Shown here in pieces: positions 16,603 through 25,498 of a DNA stretch of 64,000 nt (position 1 is its first letter; each line of letters opens with the position of its first letter). The position numbers were made by a program, and so were the translations under genes. Source of the stretch: Candidatus Micrarchaeota archaeon. Its GTDB lineage: Archaea > Micrarchaeota > Micrarchaeia > Anstonellales > Anstonellaceae. The notes below the pieces were generated by a model. That model saw nothing but the letters and a program-made list of their open reading frames with translations, did no database searches and had not been told where the DNA came from. The stretch covers positions 15,934 to 79,933 of the forward strand of contig JAKAJC010000003.1 in assembly GCA_021814005.1 (NCBI GenBank), in the 5' to 3' direction.

Positions 16603-17904
16603 CTATTTTCCCGCGGCCTGTTTTATTTTCTTGGCCGCGGCGTCAAGCTTGAGAGATTCCTGCTGCCCGCTTTGCAAATCCTTTAGCGCATACAGGCCTG
16701 TTTCAAGCTCTTTTTTGCCTACAATGATTGCGAATGGTATGGAATTGGCATTTGCATATTCCAGCTGCTTGCGCATGTTTCTCTCGTTCAAATCGGTTTC
16801 AACCGCAATTCCCTCGGCCCTCAGCTTGCGGGCGATTTCCATCACCTGCGCGCGCTGGGCCGGTTCAATTCCGATTTCAACAACAAGCGCCTGCGTGGGC
16901 GAGGCGGGGTTTTTGCTTTCCTTGCTCTCCTCTTCAAGCGCCATCAGGCGCTCTATCCCAAGAGAAATGCCGACAGCCGAATCGGGCTGGCCGTAAATTT
17001 CAAGCAATTTGTCATAGCGCCCGCCGCCGGCAACAGAGCCGATTCCGTCTCCGGCCTTTATCTCGAAAATCGGGCCGGTGTAATATCCAAGCCCGCGCAC
17101 AAGCGACAAATCGACGCGCACAGTGTCCAGTCCGTATTCCTGCTCCAGCATGCCGATAATCTGGCGCAGCTGTTCGGCGCCTTCTTTCGAATACACAGCC
17201 GCCTTCTTCAGCTGCGCCTCGTTGTCTCCGTCTTTCTCACCAGACACAAGCGCGAGAAGTTTTTTTGCGGCCGCGCCATCCACGCCCGCAGCCTCCAATT
17301 CAGCCCGCACCCCGTCCTCTCCGATTTTTTCCAGCTTGTCGAGCGCGCGGAACACTTCTGTCTCGGATTTGCCCAAGCCCAGTTTTTCCACCACTCCGCT
17401 CAATATCATGCGGCTGTTAAGCAAAATCTCGAATTTTGTGATGCCGATGGCCCCGAGCGCCTCGGCGGCCATTGCCAGAAGCTCTGTCTCGGCCCTCATT
17501 GACGGGCAGCCGATTATGTCCGCGTCCGCCTGCAAAAATTCGCGCATCCTCCCCTTTTGCGGCTCCTCGCGCCGCCACACCGGCGCCACGCAATAGCGCT
17601 TGTACGGCTTGGGAAGCGACTGGTTGGCAGCAAAGCGGGCAAGAGGAACAGTCAAATCAAAGCGCAGGGCAAGCCCGCTGTCCTCGATTTTGAACAACTG
17701 CCCCGCTATTTCGGCCGATGAAACCAGTCCGGCAGCACCCGCTTTGGCATTGAGCGTTTCGACCGATTCCATTGCCGGCGTGGAGAGGGCCTGATAACCC
17801 CACCTCCGGTAGACAGATTCAATGGAGCGCAGCATGCGCAGGCGGCGCTCCATGAGCGCGCCCGAATAGTCCCGCATGCCCTTTGGTGTCTGGTATTGAG
17901 TCAT
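16603..17904 (-). CDS. hisS: Histidyl-tRNA synthetase.
   Basis: MTQYQTPKGMRDYSG...RMLRSIESVYRRWGYQALSTPAMESVE (class II motif 1 region), GGRYDKL (motif 3/His-binding), C-terminal anticodon-binding domain. Confidence 0.85.
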   Translation of the reverse strand: MTQYQTPKGMRDYSGALMERRLRMLRSIESVYRRWGYQALSTPAMESVETLNAKAGAAGLVSSAEIAGQLFKIEDSGLALRFDLTVPLARFAANQSLPKPYKRYCVAPVWRREEPQKGRMREFLQADADIIGCPSMRAETELLAMAAEALGAIGITKFEILLNSRMILSGVVEKLGLGKSETEVFRALDKLEKIGEDGVRAELEAAGVDGAAAKKLLALVSGEKDGDNEAQLKKAAVYSKEGAEQLRQIIGMLEQEYGLDTVRVDLSLVRGLGYYTGPIFEIKAGDGIGSVAGGGRYDKLLEIYGQPDSAVGISLGIERLMALEEESKESKNPASPTQALVVEIGIEPAQRAQVMEIARKLRAEGIAVETDLNERNMRKQLEYANANSIPFAIIVGKKELETGLYALKDLQSGQQESLKLDAAAKKIKQAAGK

Positions 17905-17959
17905 AGAGAAGATGGAGGCGGCGGGGCTTTTATTTGCTATCCCTATTCGCTGTCATCCG

Positions 17960-18319
17960 CTACTTCCCCATCGCCTGGTCAATCCAGCCCTTTATCGACG
18001 ACTTGGTGCCCGCGCCCACGCGCTGGTCGACCACTTCGCCGTTATGGAAAACAATGACCGTGGGGATGGAAGACACGCCGAACTGGGTGGCCAGCTCGTC
18101 CTGCTCGTCAACATTCACCTTGCCGATTTTGATGTCTTTCATTTCCTTTGACAGCTCGTCAATGACAGGCCCCAGCATTTTGCAAGGGCCGCACCACGGC
18201 GCCCAGAAGTCGACAAGGGCCCAGCCAGATGAGATGTGAGCTTTGAAGGTCTTAGAGTCCAGTTCAGTTGTCATAAAATTCCCCTCCAAAAATTGCGAAC
18301 ATGTGTCCCGACTGTCCAA
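17960..18319 (-). CDS. trxA: Thioredoxin.
   Basis: WAPWCGPCKMLGPVIDELS active-site motif. 119 aa. Confidence 0.85.
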   Translation of the reverse strand: MDSRDTCSQFLEGNFMTTELDSKTFKAHISSGWALVDFWAPWCGPCKMLGPVIDELSKEMKDIKIGKVNVDEQDELATQFGVSSIPTVIVFHNGEVVDQRVGAGTKSSIKGWIDQAMGK

Positions 18320-18390
18320 CTTCCACCAGATTACTCATAAAGCTTTTGGCTCCTGTCGGTAACAACGCGCCCCAAACAAAAAAAAATAAT

Positions 18391-19263
18391 CTATTCCTGG
18401 AAATACTGCCTGAATTTCGGGGTTGTGGAAAGCGACATTGTCCGGCCGGCCGGCTTGGCCGTTACGAATCCCTTCTCAATCAATTCGGCGGCATCCTCGT
18501 AAATGGTGCTGCCGAGGCGCTTGAACAGCTCGCGCTTGGTTATTCCCTCGTGGCGCGAAACATAAGCCAGCGTGCGGAGCGCATGTTTTGGTATTTCGGC
18601 CTCTCCCGCAAAACGGCGCACTGTGGGGGCGAACGATGCGCGGATGCGCATTGCCCATTTGCCCGGATTTTCCTCGACAACTTCAAGCGCGGAGCCTGAT
18701 GCGTCGTACTGTTTGCTCAGTTCTTCCAGCAGCTGGTTGACATGGCCGACTGCCGCGATGCCGACAAGTTTTCCCAAATCGGCCGACTGCAATGACTGCG
18801 ATGACATGAAAAGCGCGGCTTCAAGCACGCGCAGGGGCTCAAGCGCGCTGGCCTGCATTGCTGGAGAAGAAGGCTGGGAAATTGTTTCGGCCCCGGCGTT
18901 AATTTCAGCGCCGTCCGATTTTATTTCAGGCATCTCGGGCGGAGCATCAGGGCTTGGGAAACCCGGGCCGGCTTGTGCAACCTCTGCTGATTCAGCCTGC
19001 AATCCGGCTGCCTCTTCATCTTTCATGCTCGTGCTCTCGTCATCAACATCTTCGCTGGGTTTTGGATGGCGCGGAGGGCGGACTGTAAGAATGTTTGACA
19101 AAAGCACCTGTTGGCTCTCTTTGGGCGCTTCCGATTTTTTGATTTCAGTTTTTTTCTCCTCGGTTTTTTTCATTTCCACTTTTTTCTCTTCCTGCTTTTT
19201 CTCTTCAGCAGCCGGGCTCTGCTCCCGAGGCCTCACATACACCGACATCTTGGATTTCGCCAT
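18391..19263 (-). CDS. scpB: Segregation and condensation protein B (ScpB) homolog with a Lys/Glu-rich disordered N-terminal extension.
   Basis: C-terminal tandem winged-helix region: PLRVLEAALFMSSQSLQSADLGKLVG...LEELSKQY, then LRTLAYVSRHEGITKRELFKRLG. Directly downstream of ScpA. N-terminus EEKKQEEKKVEMKKTEEKKTEIKK. Confidence 0.7.
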   Translation of the reverse strand: MAKSKMSVYVRPREQSPAAEEKKQEEKKVEMKKTEEKKTEIKKSEAPKESQQVLLSNILTVRPPRHPKPSEDVDDESTSMKDEEAAGLQAESAEVAQAGPGFPSPDAPPEMPEIKSDGAEINAGAETISQPSSPAMQASALEPLRVLEAALFMSSQSLQSADLGKLVGIAAVGHVNQLLEELSKQYDASGSALEVVEENPGKWAMRIRASFAPTVRRFAGEAEIPKHALRTLAYVSRHEGITKRELFKRLGSTIYEDAAELIEKGFVTAKPAGRTMSLSTTPKFRQYFQE

Positions 19264-19267
19264 ACAA

Positions 19268-20101
19268 TCAACCTGATTTAGCGCCGCTTGCTTTTGTATT
19301 TATCCCCGCTTGGTTTTTTCCGCCATTTCCATCCCGGTTTCCGCCCATTTTCTTCTCCGACATAACTCGAATGAATATCTCGCCGAAGAACGGGTCCTGC
19401 GCGAGCGTCACTTCGCCGCGCTGGGCCAGAAACAGCAATGGGAGAAGAGTATATACTACCGCGTGCCGCGTCGGCTCGTCCAAAAGGGCCGAGAATGTCA
19501 CCAGCCCCTCGCCGTCGGCCTGCCGCGTGAGCTTGCCCTGCACCGCGAGCATCTGCTCGTCAAGATTGAATTCGGCCAGTTTGATTTCGATGGCGGGGGG
19601 AATGTTCACCACTGCCGGCGGGGCCTGCCTCTCCTGTTCGCGCGAAAATACCTCTTCCACCGCCGACACGAGCTCGTCCAGAGTGACGCGGCGCTTGGGC
19701 GGTATGCGGCCCCTCAGTTCCAGCACCGGTATGTCATTCATCGGCACATGTTCCGAGAATTCGTCCAAGGTTGTCTGCTCGACCGGCTCGTCAAGCTGAA
19801 GCATGTCGGATTTGAAGCGCAGCAAAATGGCGGCCGCAAGAATAAGGTTTGCCGGAATGCGCAGGTCGTTCATTGTCATCTTCTTGACCTGCTCGATGTA
19901 TTTTTTTGTAATTTCAACAACGTCTATGTCCCACGGGTCGATTTGGTTTGAATGCACCAAATCCATCAGCAGCTCGCGCCACGTCGGCATCTGCACTATT
20001 CTCTCGAGGTTGTTGTCGGCCGGCATGGAGGCGGGGCGGGCTGTCCGCTCCTCATGAAGATTCTCCTGCTCGCCGCTCTCTGGCCTGGCCGCCGCCTTCA
20101 T
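19268..20101 (-). CDS. scpA: Segregation and condensation protein A (ScpA, kleisin).
   Basis: DLVHSNQIDPWDIDVVEITKKYIEQV...IPANLILAAAILLRFKSDMLQL is the ScpA N-terminal signature. C-terminal winged helix VVYTLLPLLFLAQRGEVTL. Confidence 0.75.
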   Translation of the reverse strand: MKAAARPESGEQENLHEERTARPASMPADNNLERIVQMPTWRELLMDLVHSNQIDPWDIDVVEITKKYIEQVKKMTMNDLRIPANLILAAAILLRFKSDMLQLDEPVEQTTLDEFSEHVPMNDIPVLELRGRIPPKRRVTLDELVSAVEEVFSREQERQAPPAVVNIPPAIEIKLAEFNLDEQMLAVQGKLTRQADGEGLVTFSALLDEPTRHAVVYTLLPLLFLAQRGEVTLAQDPFFGEIFIRVMSEKKMGGNRDGNGGKNQAGINTKASGAKSG

Positions 20102-20148
20102 GGGCTAATAACCCCAAAAAAGGATAAAAAGTCGATTATTGGGGGGCT

Positions 20149-21381
20149 TTATTCAGCCGGCAATCCCACTTCGCCATATTGCCCATCGTATCCGGGCCGC
20201 AAATCCAATTTCTCCTGCTGCATGAGCGAAACGGCGTTTGAAATCTTCTTCAAAATTTCTGCCTCGATTTTTCCTGCCAGTTTTTCCTGTATTTTCTGAG
20301 GTTTTGCCTCGAGAACGGCTATCTCGTTTTCAAATGCCGCAATAAGCGCATCATATGCCCTCTCCACCTTCTGCGTCTTGGCCCCCTGCCCCAGCGCCAT
20401 TCCAATCAATGTTCGCAAAGGCACCAGATGGGTGAAGGGCGCGGCTTTGGCCGGCTTGACGCCTTCCGCCCTGTCTGCAAGCAAATCTATGCGCCCCAGC
20501 ACGCCTCTTGTAATCTTTTTGCCGCATTTGGGGCATCTGCCCCCCAGCGCTTTTGTCTTGGCAGCAGTCAGCCTCAAGCCGCATTCCCGATGCCCGTCTG
20601 CAAAATATTTCCCTTCTTGGGGGAAAAATTCAAGCGTGCGCACAAGATGGTTGCGCTCATCCGGGGCGGCGATGGCGCGCCACAAGCAGTCGTAAGTCAT
20701 CTCCTGCATCTCAAATTCGCTGGCCTCTCTTGCCAGATTGTCGGGCGAATGCGCGTCCGAGAAAGACAGGATGCGCACATTGTCCAGCCACGAGCATCTC
20801 CAGTTCATGGGCGGGTCGGAGGAGAGGCCGGTTTCAATAGCGTGAATATTTTTTGCCTGTGAGCCAAACGCCTCATTTAATGACGAAAATCCGCCCTTTG
20901 CCCCAAAACAGCCAAACCACGGCGTCCAGATGTGCGCCGGTATGATGAGAATCTTCGGATTAAGCGCAAGTGCTTCTTCAGTCATTTTCTCAAGGCTCAT
21001 GCGCACCCACGGCCGCCCGTCAGTGCCGAGCTTGGAAAAAGGGGCAATCAAATCCGAGAAGCGTTTCGCAATATCAAGGCTGGGCAGCACCACCAAGGTG
21101 TGCACCCTTCTTTTTTTGCCTGCAGGCAGCTCGAAAATATTGTTTACCTCGACTGTGGGAACGAAAAAAATCGAGTCACGAAGCAGGAAGCCGCCCGAAT
21201 TATTCCCCTCTTCAGTCTCTTTTTTTATTTCCTCAAAATATTTCGGATGCGTGGCGTCTCCGGTGCCCACCAGTTGCAGGCCCTTCACTTTTGCCGAGGC
21301 AGCCATGTGCGCAATATCCATCTTCGGCGAGCAGCCGCGCGCGTATTTTGAATGGATGTGCAAATCAACCAGAACTTTCAT
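20149..21381 (-). CDS. PHP-domain nuclease with C-terminal zinc ribbon, endonuclease Q (EndoQ)-like.
   Basis: MKVLVDLHIHSKYARGCSP...LQLVGTGDATHP (PHP metal-binding His/Asp). Zn ribbon CPKCGKKITRG. Size about 410 aa, as for archaeal EndoQ. Confidence 0.55.
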   Translation of the reverse strand: MKVLVDLHIHSKYARGCSPKMDIAHMAASAKVKGLQLVGTGDATHPKYFEEIKKETEEGNNSGGFLLRDSIFFVPTVEVNNIFELPAGKKRRVHTLVVLPSLDIAKRFSDLIAPFSKLGTDGRPWVRMSLEKMTEEALALNPKILIIPAHIWTPWFGCFGAKGGFSSLNEAFGSQAKNIHAIETGLSSDPPMNWRCSWLDNVRILSFSDAHSPDNLAREASEFEMQEMTYDCLWRAIAAPDERNHLVRTLEFFPQEGKYFADGHRECGLRLTAAKTKALGGRCPKCGKKITRGVLGRIDLLADRAEGVKPAKAAPFTHLVPLRTLIGMALGQGAKTQKVERAYDALIAAFENEIAVLEAKPQKIQEKLAGKIEAEILKKISNAVSLMQQEKLDLRPGYDGQYGEVGLPAE

Positions 21382-21427
21382 GGGCTACCTTCCCTCACTG
21401 ACTGCTTCCCGCTCTTTTTGCCCTTTT

Positions 21428-21634
21428 CTACTTCTTGCCCTTTTTGCCCCCGTCGTTTCCCTGAGAAACAGACCAGGCCATGCCGACGCCGGTGAGGACG
21501 GCCCCGCCGCCCAACAAAACAGAGTCAAGGGCGCCTTCGGTCTGGGCGTTGCCTGTGCGCGGGCGGGCCATGCCCCACCCTATCATAATCGCTCCGCCCG
21601 ACATGGCTGCAGGACCGGCAATACCCATATTCAT
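21428..21634 (-). CDS. Possible small Gly-rich membrane protein (68 aa) with a KKGKK tail.
   Basis: Two short hydrophobic Gly-zipper-like segments (GGAIMIGWGMA, GGGAVLTGVGMAW). Competes with an overlapping + strand ORF. Low confidence. Confidence 0.25.
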   Translation of the reverse strand: MNMGIAGPAAMSGGAIMIGWGMARPRTGNAQTEGALDSVLLGGGAVLTGVGMAWSVSQGNDGGKKGKK

Positions 21635-21694
21635 CCCCTCGTTTCACCCTAGCGTGGCGATGATTTTAAAGCATCTGCCCACCAATTTCCACTC

Positions 21695-23191
21695 ATGACG
21701 CTCTCGATGGGCACCAACGGCGTGCGCGGTCTTTTCGATGAACTGGGCCCGTCGCAGGCAATGGACCTTGGTTTCGGCTTTGCCCATTTCGTCAAGCAGC
21801 ACTCCAAAAAAGCAAAAGCCGGCAAAACAAAAAAAAGCAAAGTTTCTTTCCCCCTCGTAGCCCTTGCGCGTGACATGCGCCTCACCTCGCCCTGCATTTT
21901 CGAGGCTACTGCGGCCGGCCTGATGGAAGGCGGCGCGCAGGTGGCCGATTTGGGCATCCTTACCGCCCCGGCATCGGAATGGACTGCCGCCAGCCTCGGC
22001 GCAGGCGGCCTTGTCATTGTCACGGCAAGCCACAACCCCCCCGAGTGGAACGCGCTCAAATTCGTTGACGCAAACGGAGTTGCGGTTTCACGCGAGCGCG
22101 GAGCATCCATCGCACATTTCATCGGCAAGCCCCATCATCCAATTCCGGCATGGCCGCAGATGGGCAAAATTGAAGCAGTGCCGGACGTAATCGGGGAATA
22201 CCAGAGGGCGGTTTTGCGCTTTGTCAACCGGCGGCGCATAAGCGGGGCGCACCGGCCCCTGCGCGTTGTCGCAGACCCTGGCAACGGCACGTCCACCCTT
22301 GTCGCTCCCGCCATTTTCAAGGCGCTTGGCGTCCGCTCCAGTTTCATAAACGAAAAGCTCGACGGCCGTTTCCCAAACCGCCCCTCCGAGCCGGCCAAGG
22401 CAAATATCGAAACGCTTATCGAAAAAGTCACAGACAGCGGCGCCGACATGGGAGTTGCATGGGACGGCGATGCCGACCGCGTCACTTTTGTTGACGAGAA
22501 GGGCGGCTGGATTTCTGGCGACATGGGCGTCGCCCTCTCCGCAAAATGGGCGCTCTATCTGCTCGAGCAGGAATCGAAAAACAAAAATAAAAACAAAAGG
22601 CGCAAAAGAAATTCTTCCTCTCTTCCGCCCCTTGTCGTCACCACCGTGGCAACCAGCCGCGTTGTCGAGGATGCGGCGGCGGTTCATGGCGCCAAGACCG
22701 AATACACCGACGTCGGCGCGCCCTATCTTTCCGAGCGCGTGCATTCATTGGGCGAGCGCGTTGTGATGGCGGGCGAGGAAGTCGGCGGCATTGTGTGGCC
22801 ACAATTCTCTCTTGCAAAAGACGGCGTGCTGGCCGCGGGCAAGCTCTTGGAGATGGCAGCCTACGCCCCGTTAAGCGAATGGGTCAAAACCCTGCCCAAA
22901 TTCTATAATTCAAAACTCAAAATCGCCTGCCCGCCCGGCGTCAATCTTCGTCTGGCCGCAATGCTGCAAAAAGAACTGCAGTCAGACCTGCCCACCCACG
23001 CCATTCTGCGCCCGCTCAAAGGGGGTTTCCGCATCGATTTCGAGTCCGCATGGGTGCTGGTGCGCGCCTCAGGCACCGAGAATTATGTCCGTGTTTTCTC
23101 CGAGGCGCGCGAACAGGAGGAAGCGGACTCGCTCTCGCGCCAGTACCAGCTCATGGTCTCCAACCGTTTGCGCGAAATCGACATGGTGTAG
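21695..23191 (+). CDS. Phosphohexomutase (phosphoglucosamine mutase / phosphomannomutase family, archaeal GlmM-like) with two Lys-rich low-complexity insertions.
   Basis: GTNGVRG near the N-terminus, active-site TASHNPPEWNALKF (phosphoserine loop), Mg site DGDADR. Insertions KKAKAGKTKKSKVS and ESKNKNKNKRRKRNSSS. Confidence 0.75.
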   Translation: MTLSMGTNGVRGLFDELGPSQAMDLGFGFAHFVKQHSKKAKAGKTKKSKVSFPLVALARDMRLTSPCIFEATAAGLMEGGAQVADLGILTAPASEWTAASLGAGGLVIVTASHNPPEWNALKFVDANGVAVSRERGASIAHFIGKPHHPIPAWPQMGKIEAVPDVIGEYQRAVLRFVNRRRISGAHRPLRVVADPGNGTSTLVAPAIFKALGVRSSFINEKLDGRFPNRPSEPAKANIETLIEKVTDSGADMGVAWDGDADRVTFVDEKGGWISGDMGVALSAKWALYLLEQESKNKNKNKRRKRNSSSLPPLVVTTVATSRVVEDAAAVHGAKTEYTDVGAPYLSERVHSLGERVVMAGEEVGGIVWPQFSLAKDGVLAAGKLLEMAAYAPLSEWVKTLPKFYNSKLKIACPPGVNLRLAAMLQKELQSDLPTHAILRPLKGGFRIDFESAWVLVRASGTENYVRVFSEAREQEEADSLSRQYQLMVSNRLREIDMV

Positions 23192-23257
23192 GCCCCGCGC
23201 GGCGGACAGGTTTAAAATGTAACCGTCATTTGACCAATCAACGAACAACATATCCTG

Positions 23258-23977
23258 GTGATTTGGATGAAAGCGATTGTATGCTGCGGCGGGCAGGGCA
23301 CGCGCCTGCGCCCCTATACATATTCGATTCCCAAGCCAATGCTCCCTCTGGGCCGCAAGCCCATTCTGGAATACGTGCTGCGCCATCTCAAGGCCAACGG
23401 CGTGAACGAAGTCACCCTCACCGTCGGCTATCTCAAAGAGCAAATCATTTCCCATTTCGGCAACGGCAGCAAGGTGGGCATGAAGCTCTCCTATTCCGAA
23501 GAGGAGGGCGAGCTCGGCACGGCCGGCTCCATTCTTGCCTCGGCAGGCAAATTCAGCAAGGAGCCCTTTATCGTGCAGATGGGCGACCATCTCTCGCGCC
23601 TTGACATCAAGGCCATGGTGGAGGCGCACCGCAAGTCCGGCTGCATCGCGTCCGTTGCCCTCAAGCGCACGGGCGTTCCTCTGGAATACGGAATCGCGGA
23701 GGTAAACGAAAAGAACCGCATCACCGCATTCAAGGAAAAGCCGATTGTGCGAAATTTAGTCAACACCGGCGTCTATGTCTTCAACCCCGGCATCTTTGAC
23801 TACATCAAGCCCAAGGAGGATTTCGCCAAAAACGTTTTCCCCCGCCTTTTGGCGCAAAAGCAGCACATCAATGCCTACATTTTCGACGACTACTGGCTCG
23901 ACATCGGCAGGCCGGCTGACTATGAGAAAGTGAATGAAATGGTCACGCTGATGGAAATGGTGGGGGAGAAAGAGTAG
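23258..23977 (+). CDS. Sugar-1-phosphate nucleotidyltransferase (GlmU N-terminal / RmlA-like).
   Basis: MKAIVCCGGQGTRLRPYTYSIPKPMLPLGRKPILEYVL is the G-x-G-T-R-L nucleotidyltransferase signature. Adjacent to the phosphohexomutase. Confidence 0.75.
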   Translation: MIWMKAIVCCGGQGTRLRPYTYSIPKPMLPLGRKPILEYVLRHLKANGVNEVTLTVGYLKEQIISHFGNGSKVGMKLSYSEEEGELGTAGSILASAGKFSKEPFIVQMGDHLSRLDIKAMVEAHRKSGCIASVALKRTGVPLEYGIAEVNEKNRITAFKEKPIVRNLVNTGVYVFNPGIFDYIKPKEDFAKNVFPRLLAQKQHINAYIFDDYWLDIGRPADYEKVNEMVTLMEMVGEKE

Positions 23978-23998
23978 GGCGCGCATCAAATCGGGCAA

Positions 23999-24505
23999 CT
24001 ACCGCTTGGATCGCATAACTCCCAATATGGCTCCAGCCGCAGCGCCGAAAATAGCGCCTGCAAGTGCGAAAGCGTCTACGCAGACGAGAAGACCAAAGAG
24101 TTCGGTTTTCTGCCCATTCAATGCTACCAACAAGCTGTACATCAACCAAATGCCCGCAAGCACTGCCGCCCCTACAACCGCTCCAGTAAAAGCGTAAGAG
24201 GATGTTTTTTTAGGGGGGAAAAGTTTATTGCGTTTGGTGAAAACATGTCTAATTGCGAGAATAAGAATCAGGAACATTAGAACGCTCAGAACCGGAACCC
24301 AGGTCGGACTCGTCCATAATGCGATATATCCGACCGTTAAGACTGCGCTCACAACATTTTTCAAAAATCCAGCCACAATTCCCCCAAAATCCGGTGCGAA
24401 CTGGCCTTTCTTTGTATTGGGCCGAATGCCTGCTTTGCGGGGATTCATGCTTGACACCGTTTCGGGCAATTTATATAATTCCAACACTTTCGGCGCAAGG
24501 CTCAT
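23999..24505 (-). CDS. Hypothetical membrane protein (4 predicted TM).
   Basis: ORF track. Hydrophobic helices with a basic N-terminal segment. No motif recognized. Confidence 0.5.
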   Translation of the reverse strand: MSLAPKVLELYKLPETVSSMNPRKAGIRPNTKKGQFAPDFGGIVAGFLKNVVSAVLTVGYIALWTSPTWVPVLSVLMFLILILAIRHVFTKRNKLFPPKKTSSYAFTGAVVGAAVLAGIWLMYSLLVALNGQKTELFGLLVCVDAFALAGAIFGAAAGAILGVMRSKR

Positions 24506-25461
24506 TTCACATACAGCGCCAGCACTATGAGTGCAAACACCGCCTCAATGGCCAGCAGCCTCATCACAAGCGCCTTTTCGCTCAGGCCGTCCGCGACAAG
24601 CAGCACCAAATCGGCCAGTCCGCGGACCTTGCCTTTCGGCGCATACAGCCTGTTGTTCGGGCCGATTTCTGCAAAGCTTTTGGGGAATCTGTTGGCCGCC
24701 TTGAGGAAGAAGTCAACCACAAACGGAATAACCAATATCGCGCCGGCGGATTTCAAATCGGAAATGATGACCGAGGCCGCGAGCGCGGCTCCGATTGAAA
24801 ACGTGCCAACATCTCCGATAAACACTTTTGCCGGAAACCAGTTGAATGGCAAAAATCCCAAGAGCGCGCCCAGCATGGCAAGAGAGAGTATTGTCATCTC
24901 AGCCTGCCCGTGCACAAGCGCCACCACAGACAAAGTGGCGAACATGATTGCGCCCATGCCGGCCTCGAGGCCGTTGTAGCCGGCCAGCATGTTGGTCAAA
25001 TTCGAGCAAACGGCCACTGCAAGCGGAATGAGCAGCAATGGATAGGCAATGCCGAAGTCGATGGCGCCGATGAACGGAATTGAGATTGAATTCTGCCCGG
25101 CCGCAAGCGCGACCACAACAAGCGGCACAGAAGCCGCAAGAGGCAGAAGTGTTTTGGTCAGCTGCCTCATGTCAAACATGTCGTCAAGTATTCCGATGAT
25201 GGCAACTATGCAGACTGTGAGAAGTGCGGCAATCATTTCCATAACGCCGAGCTGGAGATGAAGCACGGTGTTTAGAACAAGGCCCAAAAGCACGGCGCCG
25301 ATAAAGCCGGCCGCGATGGCGATGCCGCCCATCTCCGGTACATCGGGCTTGTCGGCCTTGTGCATGTCCTGGCCCGTCATTCCGGCGGCGCGCGCCTTCG
25401 CCATGACCTTGCGTGTCATGAACGCGCTGGCCAAGAGTGCGGAAATGCCGACCAGTGCCAA
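24502..25461 (-). CDS. UDP-GlcNAc:polyprenyl-phosphate GlcNAc-1-phosphate transferase (MraY/WecA family; archaeal AglH-like).
   Basis: Polytopic protein with IIGILDDMFDMRQL (DDxxD Mg site of polyprenyl-P HexNAc-1-P transferases), NMLAGYNGLEAGMG, FIGDVGTFSIG. Confidence 0.75.
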   Translation of the reverse strand: MALVGISALLASAFMTRKVMAKARAAGMTGQDMHKADKPDVPEMGGIAIAAGFIGAVLLGLVLNTVLHLQLGVMEMIAALLTVCIVAIIGILDDMFDMRQLTKTLLPLAASVPLVVVALAAGQNSISIPFIGAIDFGIAYPLLLIPLAVAVCSNLTNMLAGYNGLEAGMGAIMFATLSVVALVHGQAEMTILSLAMLGALLGFLPFNWFPAKVFIGDVGTFSIGAALAASVIISDLKSAGAILVIPFVVDFFLKAANRFPKSFAEIGPNNRLYAPKGKVRGLADLVLLVADGLSEKALVMRLLAIEAVFALIVLALYVK

Positions 25462-25498
25462 TGCGTAGGCTTCTATCCAATCACCCTTGTTTCAGCCA

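Noticed and set aside
18301-18699. 132-aa plus-strand ORF beginning MCPDCP (looks like a zinc-ribbon start)
   Set aside because: Overlaps scpB almost completely on the opposite strand. The CPxCP is probably chance.
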